Assembly: GCA_963713355.1 (NCBI GenBank)
Contig: CAVQLK010000012.1
Coordinates: 36,679-100,678, forward strand
Direction: 5' to 3'
Source: an uncultured Gammaproteobacteria bacterium
GTDB lineage: Bacteria; Pseudomonadota; Gammaproteobacteria; Steroidobacterales; Rariloculaceae
Length of the DNA stretch: 64,000 bases
Positions 20,797-30,576 of the stretch are shown here, one piece after another (the first letter of the stretch is position 1; every line of letters starts with the position of its first letter). Both the position numbers and the translations under genes were made by a program. The notes under the pieces are model-generated. The model saw only the letters and a program-made list of their open reading frames with translations. It did no database searches and was not told the DNA's origin.

Positions 20797-22281
20797 ATGA
20801 ATGACCGCCGCGATCTGGAGCTCGTTCTCGAATCCGGTACGCCGCTGATCGTCATCGAGACGACGGACGAGACGCGCGTCCTCGAGCTACTGCGGGAGGT
20901 GGCCCTCTCCCGCTCTGCGGCCTCCTACCGTCCGCTCTTTCGCTGGTCGATCACGGACGGTCTCCAGCGACTCGACCTCGACCTCGAGCCGCAACGAAGT
21001 AACGCCGATCCCGAGGAGGCGCTGCGCCACGTTCGCGCAGTCGGCAAACCGGGCGTGTACGCGATGCTGGATTTGCATCCGTTCTTGAAGGAGCCGGTCC
21101 ACGTCCGGCTGCTCAAGGACATCGCACTGGCCGCCAACGACGCCAAAGTGACGGTGCTGCTCATCGGCCATCGGCTCGAGATCCCGCACGAGCTCGTGGG
21201 ATTCACCGCACGCTTTTCTCTGCGTTTGCCGTCGCCCAGCGATCGGCGCGCTATCGTCGAGCGCTGTGCCGAGGAGTATCTGCGCGATCACGGGCGCGAA
21301 GTCAAAGTGGACTCGGCGGCGCTCGACCTTCTCGTGCAGAACTTGAGCGGCTTGACGACGGCGGACACGGAGCGCCTCGCTCGCAATGCCATCCGCGACG
21401 ACGGCGCCGTCACGGCGAGCGACGTGCCCGCCGTCATGAAGGCGAAGTACCACCTTTTGAACCGAGGCGGCGTGCTGAGCTTCGAGTACGAGACGACGCA
21501 GCTCTCGGACCTCGCGGGGTTTCGCAACTTGAAGCATTGGCTCACGCAGCGCGCATGGGCTTTTAGCCCGGAACGGCCGGCCGGGCTCGAGCCGCCGAAA
21601 GGCATTTTGCTGCTCGGCGTCCAGGGATGCGGAAAGAGCCTCGCCGCGAAGGCGACGGCAGGCGCGTTCGGCTTACCGCTCCTGCGCTTGGACTTCGGCT
21701 CGCTGTACAACAAGTATCACGGCGAGACCGAGCGAAACCTCCGTGAATCGCTGCAAACCGCGGAGGTCTTGAGCCCCTGCGTGCTCTGGCTCGATGAGGT
21801 CGAGAAGGGGCTCGCGACCGGAAATGACGACAGCGGGACGGCGCGCCGCGTCCTCGGCACGCTGCTGACCTGGATGGCCGAGCGCCGCGCGCACGTCTTT
21901 CTCGTCGCCACGTCCAACGAGGTCAGCGAGCTGCCGCCCGAGCTGATCCGCAAAGGCCGATTTGACGAAATCTTCTTCGTGGACCTGCCGCCACCGCCGA
22001 GCCGCGCGGAGGTCTTCGCGATTCACCTGCGAAAGCGAGGGCTCGCACCTGAGCGTATGAACCTCGCGGAGCTCGTGGCCTTGGCCGACGGCTTCTCGGG
22101 CGCCGAGATCGAGCAAGGCATCGTATCTGCGCTCTACGCTGCGCATGCTGCGGGCCAAAAACCCGACCATGGCCACGTCGCCGCAGAGCTCCGCAAGACT
22201 CGTCCGCTGTCCGTCATCATGGCCGAACGCGTCGCAGCCGTGCGCGCCTGGGCGCGCGGCCGTACGGTTCCGGCCGAATGA
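20797..22281 (+). CDS. AAA+ ATPase, Ycf46-like
   Basis: Walker A GVQGCGKS, Walker B LWLDEVEKG, SRH LPPELIRKGRFDEIFFVDLP; degenerate N-terminal domain. Confidence 0.88.
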   Translation: MNDRRDLELVLESGTPLIVIETTDETRVLELLREVALSRSAASYRPLFRWSITDGLQRLDLDLEPQRSNADPEEALRHVRAVGKPGVYAMLDLHPFLKEPVHVRLLKDIALAANDAKVTVLLIGHRLEIPHELVGFTARFSLRLPSPSDRRAIVERCAEEYLRDHGREVKVDSAALDLLVQNLSGLTTADTERLARNAIRDDGAVTASDVPAVMKAKYHLLNRGGVLSFEYETTQLSDLAGFRNLKHWLTQRAWAFSPERPAGLEPPKGILLLGVQGCGKSLAAKATAGAFGLPLLRLDFGSLYNKYHGETERNLRESLQTAEVLSPCVLWLDEVEKGLATGNDDSGTARRVLGTLLTWMAERRAHVFLVATSNEVSELPPELIRKGRFDEIFFVDLPPPPSRAEVFAIHLRKRGLAPERMNLAELVALADGFSGAEIEQGIVSALYAAHAAGQKPDHGHVAAELRKTRPLSVIMAERVAAVRAWARGRTVPAE

Positions 22282-22350
22282 AGCCGCTGCTGGCGGGCGG
22301 CCCGGAATCGGCTTAACGTAGTCGCCTAAAAAGCGCCCGCAACTGCCCGA

Positions 22351-24027
22351 ATGGCTAAACGATCCTCGGACGATTTCGACACCGATCACACCGACGAGCT
22401 TCCTGTGCCGCTCGAAACGGTGGGACTCGAGGACGGCGTGGAACCGCTGGTCACGGACCTCCACGACACCGCAGAGCATACGGTCTTGTACTCGCCGACC
22501 GCGGATGCCGCCGGCTCCGCCGCGCATCTCGCCGAGCGCGCCGAGCAGATCTCCTCCCTCGAGGCGCAAATCCGAGTGCTCACCGATAGCGCTCGTGATT
22601 TGGAGCAAACAGTCGGCGAAAAGGACCGGCAGATCGGAGCGCTGAACGACAGCCTCACGAACCTGCGTCGATCGGCGGAAGCCTCGGCTGCCGCGGAACG
22701 ACAGCTCGCGACGCAAATTGCCGTGCGCGACGCACAGCTCGCGGAGCTCACGGCCAACGTGGATCGTTTCGGAGCAGACGCCGCGGCGGCCGCGGCCGAG
22801 CTCGACCAGTTGCGAACGTTGGCCGCAGCGGCGCACCGCGAGACGGAAGCGTTGAGGAGCGAGCTCGCGACACGACCCGCTCGAGATGTCGTGTCCCCCG
22901 ACGTGCAGGAATTGCGCGAGGATCATGCCGCGCTGGCCACCTATATCGCATCCCGGCGTGCAGCCTGGGACGACATGCAGACGACGAACACGCGCCTCAC
23001 GGCGCGCGTCGCCCCCTTGGAGCGCGAGCTCAAAGCCACCGTAAAGCGGCTGACGGCTGCGGAAGCGTTGGCAAACCGCGAGTCGAGCCGCGCGGTTGCA
23101 CTGCGCGCCGAGCTCGTGGACTCCGCCCGCAACGTGGACAACCTCGCGCGCGAGCTGCGCCTCGCTCGTGAAGCTTCGGAACAGCCGCAGCATCCCGTTC
23201 TCGCGAACGACGCCGCGCCGCCCCTCGCATCGGCTGATTTGGAGAGCGCCTCGTCAGCTGCGGCTTCAGCGGGCGATACGCGCACCGTGAACGTTGCGCC
23301 GCCAGAAGCGCCGCCCGTGTTGACCGATGCCGTCGATACCGCTGCCCCGGCCGTCGAAGCGATCGCGCAGCTAGAGGCCGAGGTCGAGTACAAGCGACAG
23401 CAAGTCGCGGCGCAGCTCGTCGAGCTCCGCGACCGCGAGCAGCGGCTCCGTGCCGCGACGAGCGAGCTCGAGCAGGTGCGCCGCGAGCTCGGCACGCTGC
23501 GCACCGAGCTCGACGACAGCCGCTCGGACGTCGCCCGGCTCGAGCGCGCCGTCATCGACAAGGATCGCGCGCTCGAAGCTCGCGATGCGAGAATCGCCAC
23601 ACTGCACGAGGAGCTGAAACATCGCGTCGGTGTCGCCGAAAAGCGCAGCGCAGTCGATGTCGCTCTGCCGGCAGTCGATGCCACCGCGACAGCGCGGGCA
23701 GGCGCCCGAGAAGGATCCGGCGAGCACACGTCGGCGCCGGCGCTGCTTTGCTTGACGGGCGACGCTCCAAAACGCTTCGCGCTGGCGAAGAAGACGATCA
23801 CGCTGGGGCGCGGGCCTCATTGCGATCTGCAGATCCTCACCCACTTCGTCAGCCGGGAGCACGCTCGCTTGACGGTGAACGCCGGCGCGACGGTCATCGA
23901 AGACCTGGGCAGCCGTAACGGAGTATTCGTCAATGCAGTTCGCGTGGACCGCCAGCATCTGAGACAAGGCGATCTCGTCACGATAGGCGAGACTCAGTTT
24001 CGTTTCGTCGAATCGATGGCACACTAG
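22351..24027 (+). CDS. Coiled-coil protein with C-terminal FHA domain
   Basis: Two long heptad regions, then FHA motifs LGRG, VSREHA, DLGSRNGVFVN and GDLVTIG. Confidence 0.85.
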   Translation: MAKRSSDDFDTDHTDELPVPLETVGLEDGVEPLVTDLHDTAEHTVLYSPTADAAGSAAHLAERAEQISSLEAQIRVLTDSARDLEQTVGEKDRQIGALNDSLTNLRRSAEASAAAERQLATQIAVRDAQLAELTANVDRFGADAAAAAAELDQLRTLAAAAHRETEALRSELATRPARDVVSPDVQELREDHAALATYIASRRAAWDDMQTTNTRLTARVAPLERELKATVKRLTAAEALANRESSRAVALRAELVDSARNVDNLARELRLAREASEQPQHPVLANDAAPPLASADLESASSAAASAGDTRTVNVAPPEAPPVLTDAVDTAAPAVEAIAQLEAEVEYKRQQVAAQLVELRDREQRLRAATSELEQVRRELGTLRTELDDSRSDVARLERAVIDKDRALEARDARIATLHEELKHRVGVAEKRSAVDVALPAVDATATARAGAREGSGEHTSAPALLCLTGDAPKRFALAKKTITLGRGPHCDLQILTHFVSREHARLTVNAGATVIEDLGSRNGVFVNAVRVDRQHLRQGDLVTIGETQFRFVESMAH

Positions 24028-24032
24028 GGAGC

Positions 24033-24326
24033 GTGATGGACGAATCCGACGCGCCGATCCAGGGCACGACAACATGGCAACGTGAAGCCGCCATCGCTGC
24101 GGGCCTGCTGGCTTTCGGGCTGATCGCGCTGCCCTTCGCGGTCTACGTCGTAGGCCAGCGAATGCTAGGCGAGTATGGCGAAGCCGGCGGAGCGCTCGCG
24201 CTTGCGGAGACCGTCTGGCTGGACCTCCTGTCCTTCCGCCTGCCGGCGTGGATCCTGGTATTGAGCCCCTACCTCACGATTCAGCTCGCCCGAGGCGTGC
24301 GTCGCATTTGGCAGCGCCGGCTGTGA
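24033..24326 (+). CDS. Hypothetical small membrane protein
   Basis: Two hydrophobic segments; GGGAG RBS right after the FHA gene stop. Confidence 0.6.
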   Translation: MMDESDAPIQGTTTWQREAAIAAGLLAFGLIALPFAVYVVGQRMLGEYGEAGGALALAETVWLDLLSFRLPAWILVLSPYLTIQLARGVRRIWQRRL

Positions 24327-24337
24327 TTAACGTCACA
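24322..24337. promoter_or_regulatory. CRP/Vfr/Clp-family binding site
   Basis: TGTGA-TTAACG-TCACA, a perfect match to the TGTGA-N6-TCACA consensus, about 100 nt upstream of the 24439 ORF. Confidence 0.65.
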
Positions 24338-24438
24338 GATCTGGTGCTCGCCGCGTAGCGACGACGCTGCATCTGCTATCGTTTTTCCACGCGGCCCATG
24401 ACGGCCCGCGCGACCGCGTAGCGAGGCAGGATCGCCAG

Positions 24439-24750
24439 ATGCTCAAGCGCTTGAAACGTTGGCTCGGCTGGAACTCCGAATCGGGGCTTCTGGATTCTTC
24501 CGATATCGGTCTTCGCCCGCGCAGCGCCCCGCCGCCGCCCAAGCCGCCGCTCATTAAGCAGACGGGCGTCGCGGAGCCGGCCCCGCCCGCACAGCGCCGC
24601 GCCAAGCCGGAGCGCGCACCGAAGGACGTGCTCGACAATCCACGTCTGACCCTCAACAAGCCGGCCAACGACGGCTTCGACCCCTACAATACGGGCGCGT
24701 TCAATCGCAGCACGTCGTGGGAACGAATCGGCCGGGAGCGCAAACGCTAG
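24439..24750 (+). CDS. Hypothetical proline-rich small protein
   Basis: AGGA before ATG; low-complexity middle and C-terminal GFDPYNTG...W segment. Confidence 0.6.
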   Translation: MLKRLKRWLGWNSESGLLDSSDIGLRPRSAPPPPKPPLIKQTGVAEPAPPAQRRAKPERAPKDVLDNPRLTLNKPANDGFDPYNTGAFNRSTSWERIGRERKR

Positions 24751-24753
24751 CCC

Positions 24754-25047
24754 TCAGGCCCGCGGCCACGCGTGATACGCGGCCACGGCCACCAGCATCA
24801 CGAGCAGCGCCGCCAGTGCGCCGCGCCGCCAGCGGCACTCCTTGAGCGCGCCATAGAAGCTGCCCGCGGCCGCAGCCGTGAGCAGCGCGAACAAGGACAC
24901 GCTGATCAGCAATGGCCGAAGCTCGCCGTCCAGGCGGGGGTACTCGGACCGCAGGGCCACGAAGACGATCGTCGTGCCAGCGAGCGCGAAAGTGATTGCA
25001 ACGGCGCTCCCGAGGACGAATCCCAAGACTACGACCGCTGGACGCAT
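24754..25047 (-). CDS. Hypothetical three-TM membrane protein
   Basis: Three hydrophobic helices; fills the gap between convergent and divergent neighbours. Confidence 0.6.
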   Translation of the reverse strand: MRPAVVVLGFVLGSAVAITFALAGTTIVFVALRSEYPRLDGELRPLLISVSLFALLTAAAAGSFYGALKECRWRRGALAALLVMLVAVAAYHAWPRA

Positions 25048-25176
25048 GCCGCTTCCCGCCGTTCAGGCGCGTGACTCCGTTCGGTTTTCCAGCCCTGCGG
25101 GCTTGATTCGCCCGGCCAAGGGTCCGAAACTTAACAGATATGTGACCTGCATCGCCACGGACTCCAAGGAGGAAAC

Positions 25177-27225
25177 GTGAGGGAGTTGTTTGGCCGAGTC
25201 TGCTTTAGCGCCATCGTGGTGTCTGCCGGCTTTGCATCGCTTGCCGCTACCGAGCCGCTACCGCCGCTACAGATTGAACCGAAGCACGTACCGATCAGCA
25301 CCAATGTCGCCAAGCTGATCGAGGAGCTTCACTACTCCTTGCCACGGCTCGACAACTCGTTGTCGTCGGCCATCCTCGACCGTTATCTCGATACGCTCGA
25401 CGGCAATCGCATGTACTTCACGGCCGCCGATATCGCGAGCTTCAACCGTCTGCGCTACGAGCTCGACGACCGGACGCGCACCGGCGATCTGCAACCCGTG
25501 TTCGATATTTTCAATCTGTTTCGCAAGCGCGCCGGAGAACGAATCGATACGGCGATCGCGCTGCTCGCCACGGAGCCCGACTACACGCTCGACGAGAGCT
25601 TCCAATGGGACCGAAGCGAGTTGCCGTGGCCGGCTACGGACGCTGAAGTCAACGAGGTCTGGCGCAAGAACGTCAAAAGCGACGGCCTGCGCCTGATGCT
25701 GACCGGCAAAACGTGGACCGAGGCGGCCGAGACGCTGAAGGATCGTTACGAGCGTTCGTATCGCCGTATCACTCAGCTCACGACCGACGACGTGTTCGAG
25801 ACGTATATGAACGCCGTCGCGCACAACATGGACCCGCACTCGAGCTATCTGTCGCCGCGCCAGAGCGAGGAATACCGGATCCAGATGAGCCTGTCGTACG
25901 ACGGCATCGGCGCGTCACTGCAGCTCGAGGACGATTACGTCAAGGTCAACGACATCATCGCCGGCGGGCCCGCGTTCATCGACGGGCAGTTGAAGAAAGA
26001 GGACCGGATCACGGCCGTAGGCGAAGGCACCGGCGAGCTCGTCGACGTCATCGGCTCGCGCCTCGACGACGTCGTGCAGAAGATTCGCGGGCCCGGCGGC
26101 ACGCGTGTGCGGCTGCAAGTCCTTCCCGCGGGCGCCGCGCCAGGCTCGCCGGAAAAAATCATCGAGCTCGTGCGCGACAAGGTGAAGCTCGAGGAGCAAG
26201 CCTCGAAGAAGGAGCTGCTCGAGATTCCGTTCAACGGCGAGACTTATCGGATCGGCGTCATCACGGTGCCGAGCTTTTACCAGGACTTCGCGGCGCGCAG
26301 CCGCGGTGACGAGGACTACACCAGCACGTCGCGCGACGTCGCACGGCTGATCGAGGAGTTCAAGGCCGAGGGCGGCATCGACGGGCTCGTCATGGATCTG
26401 CGCGAGAATGGCGGCGGCCATTTGTCGGAGGCGACGGAGCTGAGCGGCCTATTCATCGAACGCGGTCCGATCGTCCAGCTCCGCGAGACGCGCGGCACGA
26501 TCCAGCAGCTCGACGACCCGAGCCCGACGGCCGTGTACGGCGGTCCGTTGGCCGTTCTCGTCGATCGGTACAGCGCCAGCGCGTCGGAGATCTTCGCGGC
26601 GGCGATTCAGGACTACGACCGCGGCGTCATCGTCGGCCAGCAGACGTTCGGCAAGGGCTCGGTGCAGAATCTGTTTCCGCTCGACCGCCTCATGCGAGGC
26701 ACCGACAACGGCCAGCTGACGCTCACGATCGGCAAGTACTATCGCGTCACGGGCGAGAGCACGCAGCACCGCGGCGTGATTCCCGACATCGAGCTGCCGT
26801 CGATCGTCGATACTGCCGAGGTCGGAGAAAGCTCGCGCGATACCGCGCTGCCATGGGACCGCATTCAACCGACGCGTTTCCGGGCGGACTCCGCGTTGGC
26901 GGCGGAGATCGACGATCTTCGGGCGCACCAGCAATTGCGGGCTTCGAACGACCCTGAGTTCAACTACCTGCTGAGCGACATCGCGGCCGTCAAGGAAATC
27001 AACGCGCAGAAGAGCGTGTCGCTGAACCTGGACGGGCGGATCGCGGAGAACAAGCGCCTCGAGGAAGGCCGGTTGGCCCGTGAGAACGCTCGCCGTGCGG
27101 CGCTTGGGCTCGCACCTCTGGCGAACATCGCGGAGCTCGACGATACCGCGACCTCGGACGCGATCGTGCTGCAACAGGCGGCTCGGATCGTGGCGGAGAT
27201 CGCGGAGCGGCGATCGGCGCCGTAG
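25177..27225 (+). CDS. prc: Carboxy-terminal processing protease (Prc/Tsp, peptidase S41A)
   Basis: DPHSSYLSP, PDZ GIGASL, DLRENGGG, SASASEIFAAAIQDY and TFGKGSVQ motifs; AAGGAGG RBS. Confidence 0.93.
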   Translation: MRELFGRVCFSAIVVSAGFASLAATEPLPPLQIEPKHVPISTNVAKLIEELHYSLPRLDNSLSSAILDRYLDTLDGNRMYFTAADIASFNRLRYELDDRTRTGDLQPVFDIFNLFRKRAGERIDTAIALLATEPDYTLDESFQWDRSELPWPATDAEVNEVWRKNVKSDGLRLMLTGKTWTEAAETLKDRYERSYRRITQLTTDDVFETYMNAVAHNMDPHSSYLSPRQSEEYRIQMSLSYDGIGASLQLEDDYVKVNDIIAGGPAFIDGQLKKEDRITAVGEGTGELVDVIGSRLDDVVQKIRGPGGTRVRLQVLPAGAAPGSPEKIIELVRDKVKLEEQASKKELLEIPFNGETYRIGVITVPSFYQDFAARSRGDEDYTSTSRDVARLIEEFKAEGGIDGLVMDLRENGGGHLSEATELSGLFIERGPIVQLRETRGTIQQLDDPSPTAVYGGPLAVLVDRYSASASEIFAAAIQDYDRGVIVGQQTFGKGSVQNLFPLDRLMRGTDNGQLTLTIGKYYRVTGESTQHRGVIPDIELPSIVDTAEVGESSRDTALPWDRIQPTRFRADSALAAEIDDLRAHQQLRASNDPEFNYLLSDIAAVKEINAQKSVSLNLDGRIAENKRLEEGRLARENARRAALGLAPLANIAELDDTATSDAIVLQQAARIVAEIAERRSAP

Positions 27226-27229
27226 CGCC

Positions 27230-28300
27230 TCAGCGCATCACCGACAAAAGGTCCCAGTAGCCGTCGGCGACGACGTTGATGCGCAGCGGCGCGTCGCTGG
27301 TGCGCCGCGCCAAGTCGAGCTCGTTCGCTTGCGCCGCCGGCGTTCGGTTGATCAGCTGCAGGCTTTCGACGGCCGGCACGGAATCGCTCTCGTTGCGATA
27401 TTTGACCTCGGCGAGCAGCAAGTCCGTCCGCCGTTTGACCTGATCTGCAAACGTCTTCTGCTGCTTCAGCTCCTCGATCTTCTCGCGTATGCGCTCGACC
27501 ATCCGGTCGCAATCACGGCGGTCGCCGAACTTCATGTCCGCGACGGCGCGCTCCGTCGACGTCTTTGCCAATGACGCCAAGTCGTGCTCGCAGAAATGGA
27601 CGACGAGGTGCTGAGCGAGCGCTATGACGGCCGTGTTGATGAGCCGGCGGCTGTCGAGCGACAGACCTTCGGGCTCGGGTAGCGGCTCGCCCTGAATCTT
27701 CTCGCTCAGCGCTTGCAGCTCCGCGAGCTTTTCCTCGAGCATCTGCAGACCACTCGCGAGCCCCGCAATCTGGCGATTGAGGGCGCCCGTGCGGAACAAC
27801 CGAACGAGGACGTTCATGCTGTCGAGCTCTTGCGTGAGCCGCGTCTGCTCTTCGGACGCCGTGCGCCGTTTGTCCGCCAGCGCGGCTGTCTTTTCCTCGA
27901 TCGCGTCGAGGCGACGCTGCCGCTTCGCGATCTCGGTATCCTGCAGCAGCGCTCGTTCCCGCTTCTCGCGCTGCGCCTCCAGCTCGTGGGCGAACTGTTC
28001 GAGACGCTGTGCGCCGACACGCCACAGATGGCGAAGCTGAAAGTAGACCATTGCATTGGCCGCGGCCAACGGATTCGTCAGCAGCCTCTCGAGGCCTTCG
28101 AGCTGCTCCTGGGCGCGAAGTATCTCGCCTTCTTGCTCCTTGAGCTTCTCCAGGAGCTCGAATCGCTCGCGCCGCAGAGCCTTGACCTCGCGCTTGACGT
28201 CGGCTCGGTTCCAATAGAGCTTCAGCAGCTCGTCGGTCGGACCGGACTCTTCCCGCTCGAGAATGGCCGAGAGCATCAGCGGTTCCGGTTTCTGTGACAC
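27230..28300 (-). CDS. Hypothetical coiled-coil protein
   Basis: 356-aa ORF rich in E/K/R/L heptads with coding-like codon usage; no family recognised. Confidence 0.75.
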   Translation of the reverse strand: MSQKPEPLMLSAILEREESGPTDELLKLYWNRADVKREVKALRRERFELLEKLKEQEGEILRAQEQLEGLERLLTNPLAAANAMVYFQLRHLWRVGAQRLEQFAHELEAQREKRERALLQDTEIAKRQRRLDAIEEKTAALADKRRTASEEQTRLTQELDSMNVLVRLFRTGALNRQIAGLASGLQMLEEKLAELQALSEKIQGEPLPEPEGLSLDSRRLINTAVIALAQHLVVHFCEHDLASLAKTSTERAVADMKFGDRRDCDRMVERIREKIEELKQQKTFADQVKRRTDLLLAEVKYRNESDSVPAVESLQLINRTPAAQANELDLARRTSDAPLRINVVADGYWDLLSVMR

Positions 28301-28381
28301 GAACGCATGCGGTGAAATATAGCGGCGCCGCGCCGGCCAAACCGTGACTCAAAGCAAAGATCGCGCCTTAAGGAGGGGGGA

Positions 28382-28855
28382 TCAGCTCAGCGGTTTCGAG
28401 CCGCCGAGGCTGTGCCCGGCTTCAAACAGATAGTCGAGCCACTTGTTCAGCAGCATGTTGAGCCGCCAGCGGCGGTCGAGCTCGGCGTTGCTGCCCTTCG
28501 CGAGCTCGCGGAGCTTCGCGTGCCGGTGCGCCTCGCCGCTGCAAACGGCTTCGACGAGCCGCGCATCGTGGTAGATCCGCACCACGATGTCGGGATCCGC
28601 CACCGCGACACCCGCTTCGTCGAACAAGTACGTCAGGCGCAAGGTCGTCGTGTACGGCTCACGGCGGACGATTTCCGCATACAAGTCGTTATCGCGCGGC
28701 GTCGACGAGACGATCGCAGCGGCCGGCCACTCGAGCGCGGGCACGAGCTGATGAAGCTTGATGTAATTGCTTTCATACAAGGTCATCAGCCCCGTGAATG
28801 TGCCGGGCCGATAGATGCACTGCGGTACGAGTAGGCTATCGACGACCATGGTCAT
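28382..28855 (-). CDS. DUF1249 (YqiB-like) protein
   Basis: LYESNY, PYTTTL, RIYHDARLVE and NMLLNKWLDY motifs. Confidence 0.8.
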   Translation of the reverse strand: MTMVVDSLLVPQCIYRPGTFTGLMTLYESNYIKLHQLVPALEWPAAAIVSSTPRDNDLYAEIVRREPYTTTLRLTYLFDEAGVAVADPDIVVRIYHDARLVEAVCSGEAHRHAKLRELAKGSNAELDRRWRLNMLLNKWLDYLFEAGHSLGGSKPLS

Positions 28856-28890
28856 TACAGTGGCCTAAAGTAAGTTAGCAGGCAACCCGC

Positions 28891-29553
28891 TCACCAATCC
28901 GAGCGCTTCTTGCGCCGCAACGTCGGCGCAACGAGTCCGATGACGATTCCGGCCAGCAGCACGCCGGCGCCGACGACGAACCAATTCTGACTGTTCCGGC
29001 CGCCGAGACGCGCGTTGTCGGCCGTCAACTGCCCGACTTCTTGATCGCGCTGAACGAGACGCTGCTGCAAGCGCGTGTTCTGATCGCGTATGTCGACGAC
29101 ATTTGCCGCGGCCGTGCGAATGTCAGCAAGCTCGCGGCTCGCCGTGCCGTGATTCGCCTGAGCTTCGTCGAGCTCCGTTCGCAGGGCAGCAAGGTCGCGC
29201 TCGAGCTCCTGGTTCTGTGCCTCCAGTGTGCCGACGCGCTCGCGTGCCGTCGCGAGGTTGCGTTCTGCGACGGCAAGCCGCTCGCGAGCGATCGGCTCCT
29301 CCATCAAGAAGCGCGTCAGTATCCATCCCTCGGTGCCTTGATCGACGACCCTGACCCTCGAATAGCCCTGCTCGCCGTTCTCTTCGAGCACCTCTACTCG
29401 CTCTCCGGCCTCGAGATTGCGCAGTATCAAGTACTCCGTGCTCGGGCCGCGCCGCAGCTCGACGATCGTCCGATCGGTGACGTAGCGAGTCTGAGCTTGC
29501 GCCAACAGCTCGAACGCAAGAAACACGCAGCCCGCCCATCGCAACCGCATCAC
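28891..29553 (-). CDS. SH3-domain protein (TIGR04211/YgiM-like)
   Basis: Signal peptide, SH3b domain (LRRGPSTEY...GWILTRFL), coiled coil, C-terminal TM and basic tail RRKKRSDW. Confidence 0.85.
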   Translation of the reverse strand: MMRLRWAGCVFLAFELLAQAQTRYVTDRTIVELRRGPSTEYLILRNLEAGERVEVLEENGEQGYSRVRVVDQGTEGWILTRFLMEEPIARERLAVAERNLATARERVGTLEAQNQELERDLAALRTELDEAQANHGTASRELADIRTAAANVVDIRDQNTRLQQRLVQRDQEVGQLTADNARLGGRNSQNWFVVGAGVLLAGIVIGLVAPTLRRKKRSDW

Positions 29554-29653
29554 ACCTCCGCGAATCGATCAGGTGGGCCGAGACTAGCCCATTGCCCCGC
29601 GCATTGGAAACCGCCCGACGCTCGATTTGCAGACCGAGTTCACACTACGCGGC

Positions 29654-30196
29654 TCAGCGCTTGAACAGGTGCTCGCGATAGAACCGCAGCTCGCGAATCG
29701 AGTCGTGAATATCGGCGAGCGCGAGGTGCACCGATTTTTTTTCGAAGCGGTTCCCGACTTCCGGTAGCCACAGCTTTGCAAGAATTTTCAGGGTCGAGAC
29801 GTCGAGGTTGCGGTAATGAAAATATGCGGCGAGCTCCGGCATATAGCGAATCAAGAACCGGCGATCCTGGCAGATGCTGTTGCCGCAAATCGGCGAAGCG
29901 CCCTGATCGACATGGTTCCGCAGGAACGCGAGCGTGAGCTGCTCCGCTTCGTTTTCCGAAACCTGGCTCGCACGGACGCGTTCCGTGAGGCCCGAGTTCG
30001 TGTGCTGGCGCGTGTTCCACTCGTCCATCGCCGCCAACAGCTCGTCGCTCTGGTGTACCGCCAAGACAGGGCCTTCGGCGAGCACCGTCAGCTCCTTGTC
30101 GGTGACCACCGTGGCGATCTCGATGATTCGATTTTGATCGGGATTCAAGCCCGTCATCTCGAGATCGATCCAGATCAGATTGTCCTTGCGGCTCAC
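29654..30196 (-). CDS. orn: Oligoribonuclease
   Basis: [20 protein letters not shown] and [11 protein letters not shown] motifs. Confidence 0.97.
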   Translation of the reverse strand: MSRKDNLIWIDLEMTGLNPDQNRIIEIATVVTDKELTVLAEGPVLAVHQSDELLAAMDEWNTRQHTNSGLTERVRASQVSENEAEQLTLAFLRNHVDQGASPICGNSICQDRRFLIRYMPELAAYFHYRNLDVSTLKILAKLWLPEVGNRFEKKSVHLALADIHDSIRELRFYREHLFKR

Positions 30197-30228
30197 GAGC
30201 GCTCCAGGTGTTCGCTGAACTGAGCGGC

Positions 30229-30576
30229 TCAGCCGAGCGCGCTCTTCAGGGCCCGGCCGCCAAGCACGTGCAGGTGCGCATGGAACACGACTTGCCCGCC
30301 CTCGCGATTGACGTTCATCGCCACACGATACCCCGGAAGTCCCTGCTCCGCCGCGATGCGCTTCGCCGTCAGCAGCAAGCCCCCGATCAAAGCGCCTTGC
30401 TCCGGCACGAAGTCATTGAGCGTCGCGACGTGCGTTTTCGGGATGACTAGGCAGTGAAAAGGCGCCTGCGGATGAATGTCCTTGAAAGCCAGCACCTCGC
30501 CGTCCTCGTAGACGCGGTCTGCGGGCAGCTCGCCCGCAACGATTTTGCAGAATAAGCATTTCGGGTCGGCAGCCAT
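30229..30576 (-). CDS. hinT: Histidine triad (HIT) nucleotide-binding protein
   Basis: CLFCKI and [15 protein letters not shown] histidine triad. Confidence 0.9.
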   Translation of the reverse strand: MAADPKCLFCKIVAGELPADRVYEDGEVLAFKDIHPQAPFHCLVIPKTHVATLNDFVPEQGALIGGLLLTAKRIAAEQGLPGYRVAMNVNREGGQVVFHAHLHVLGGRALKSALG

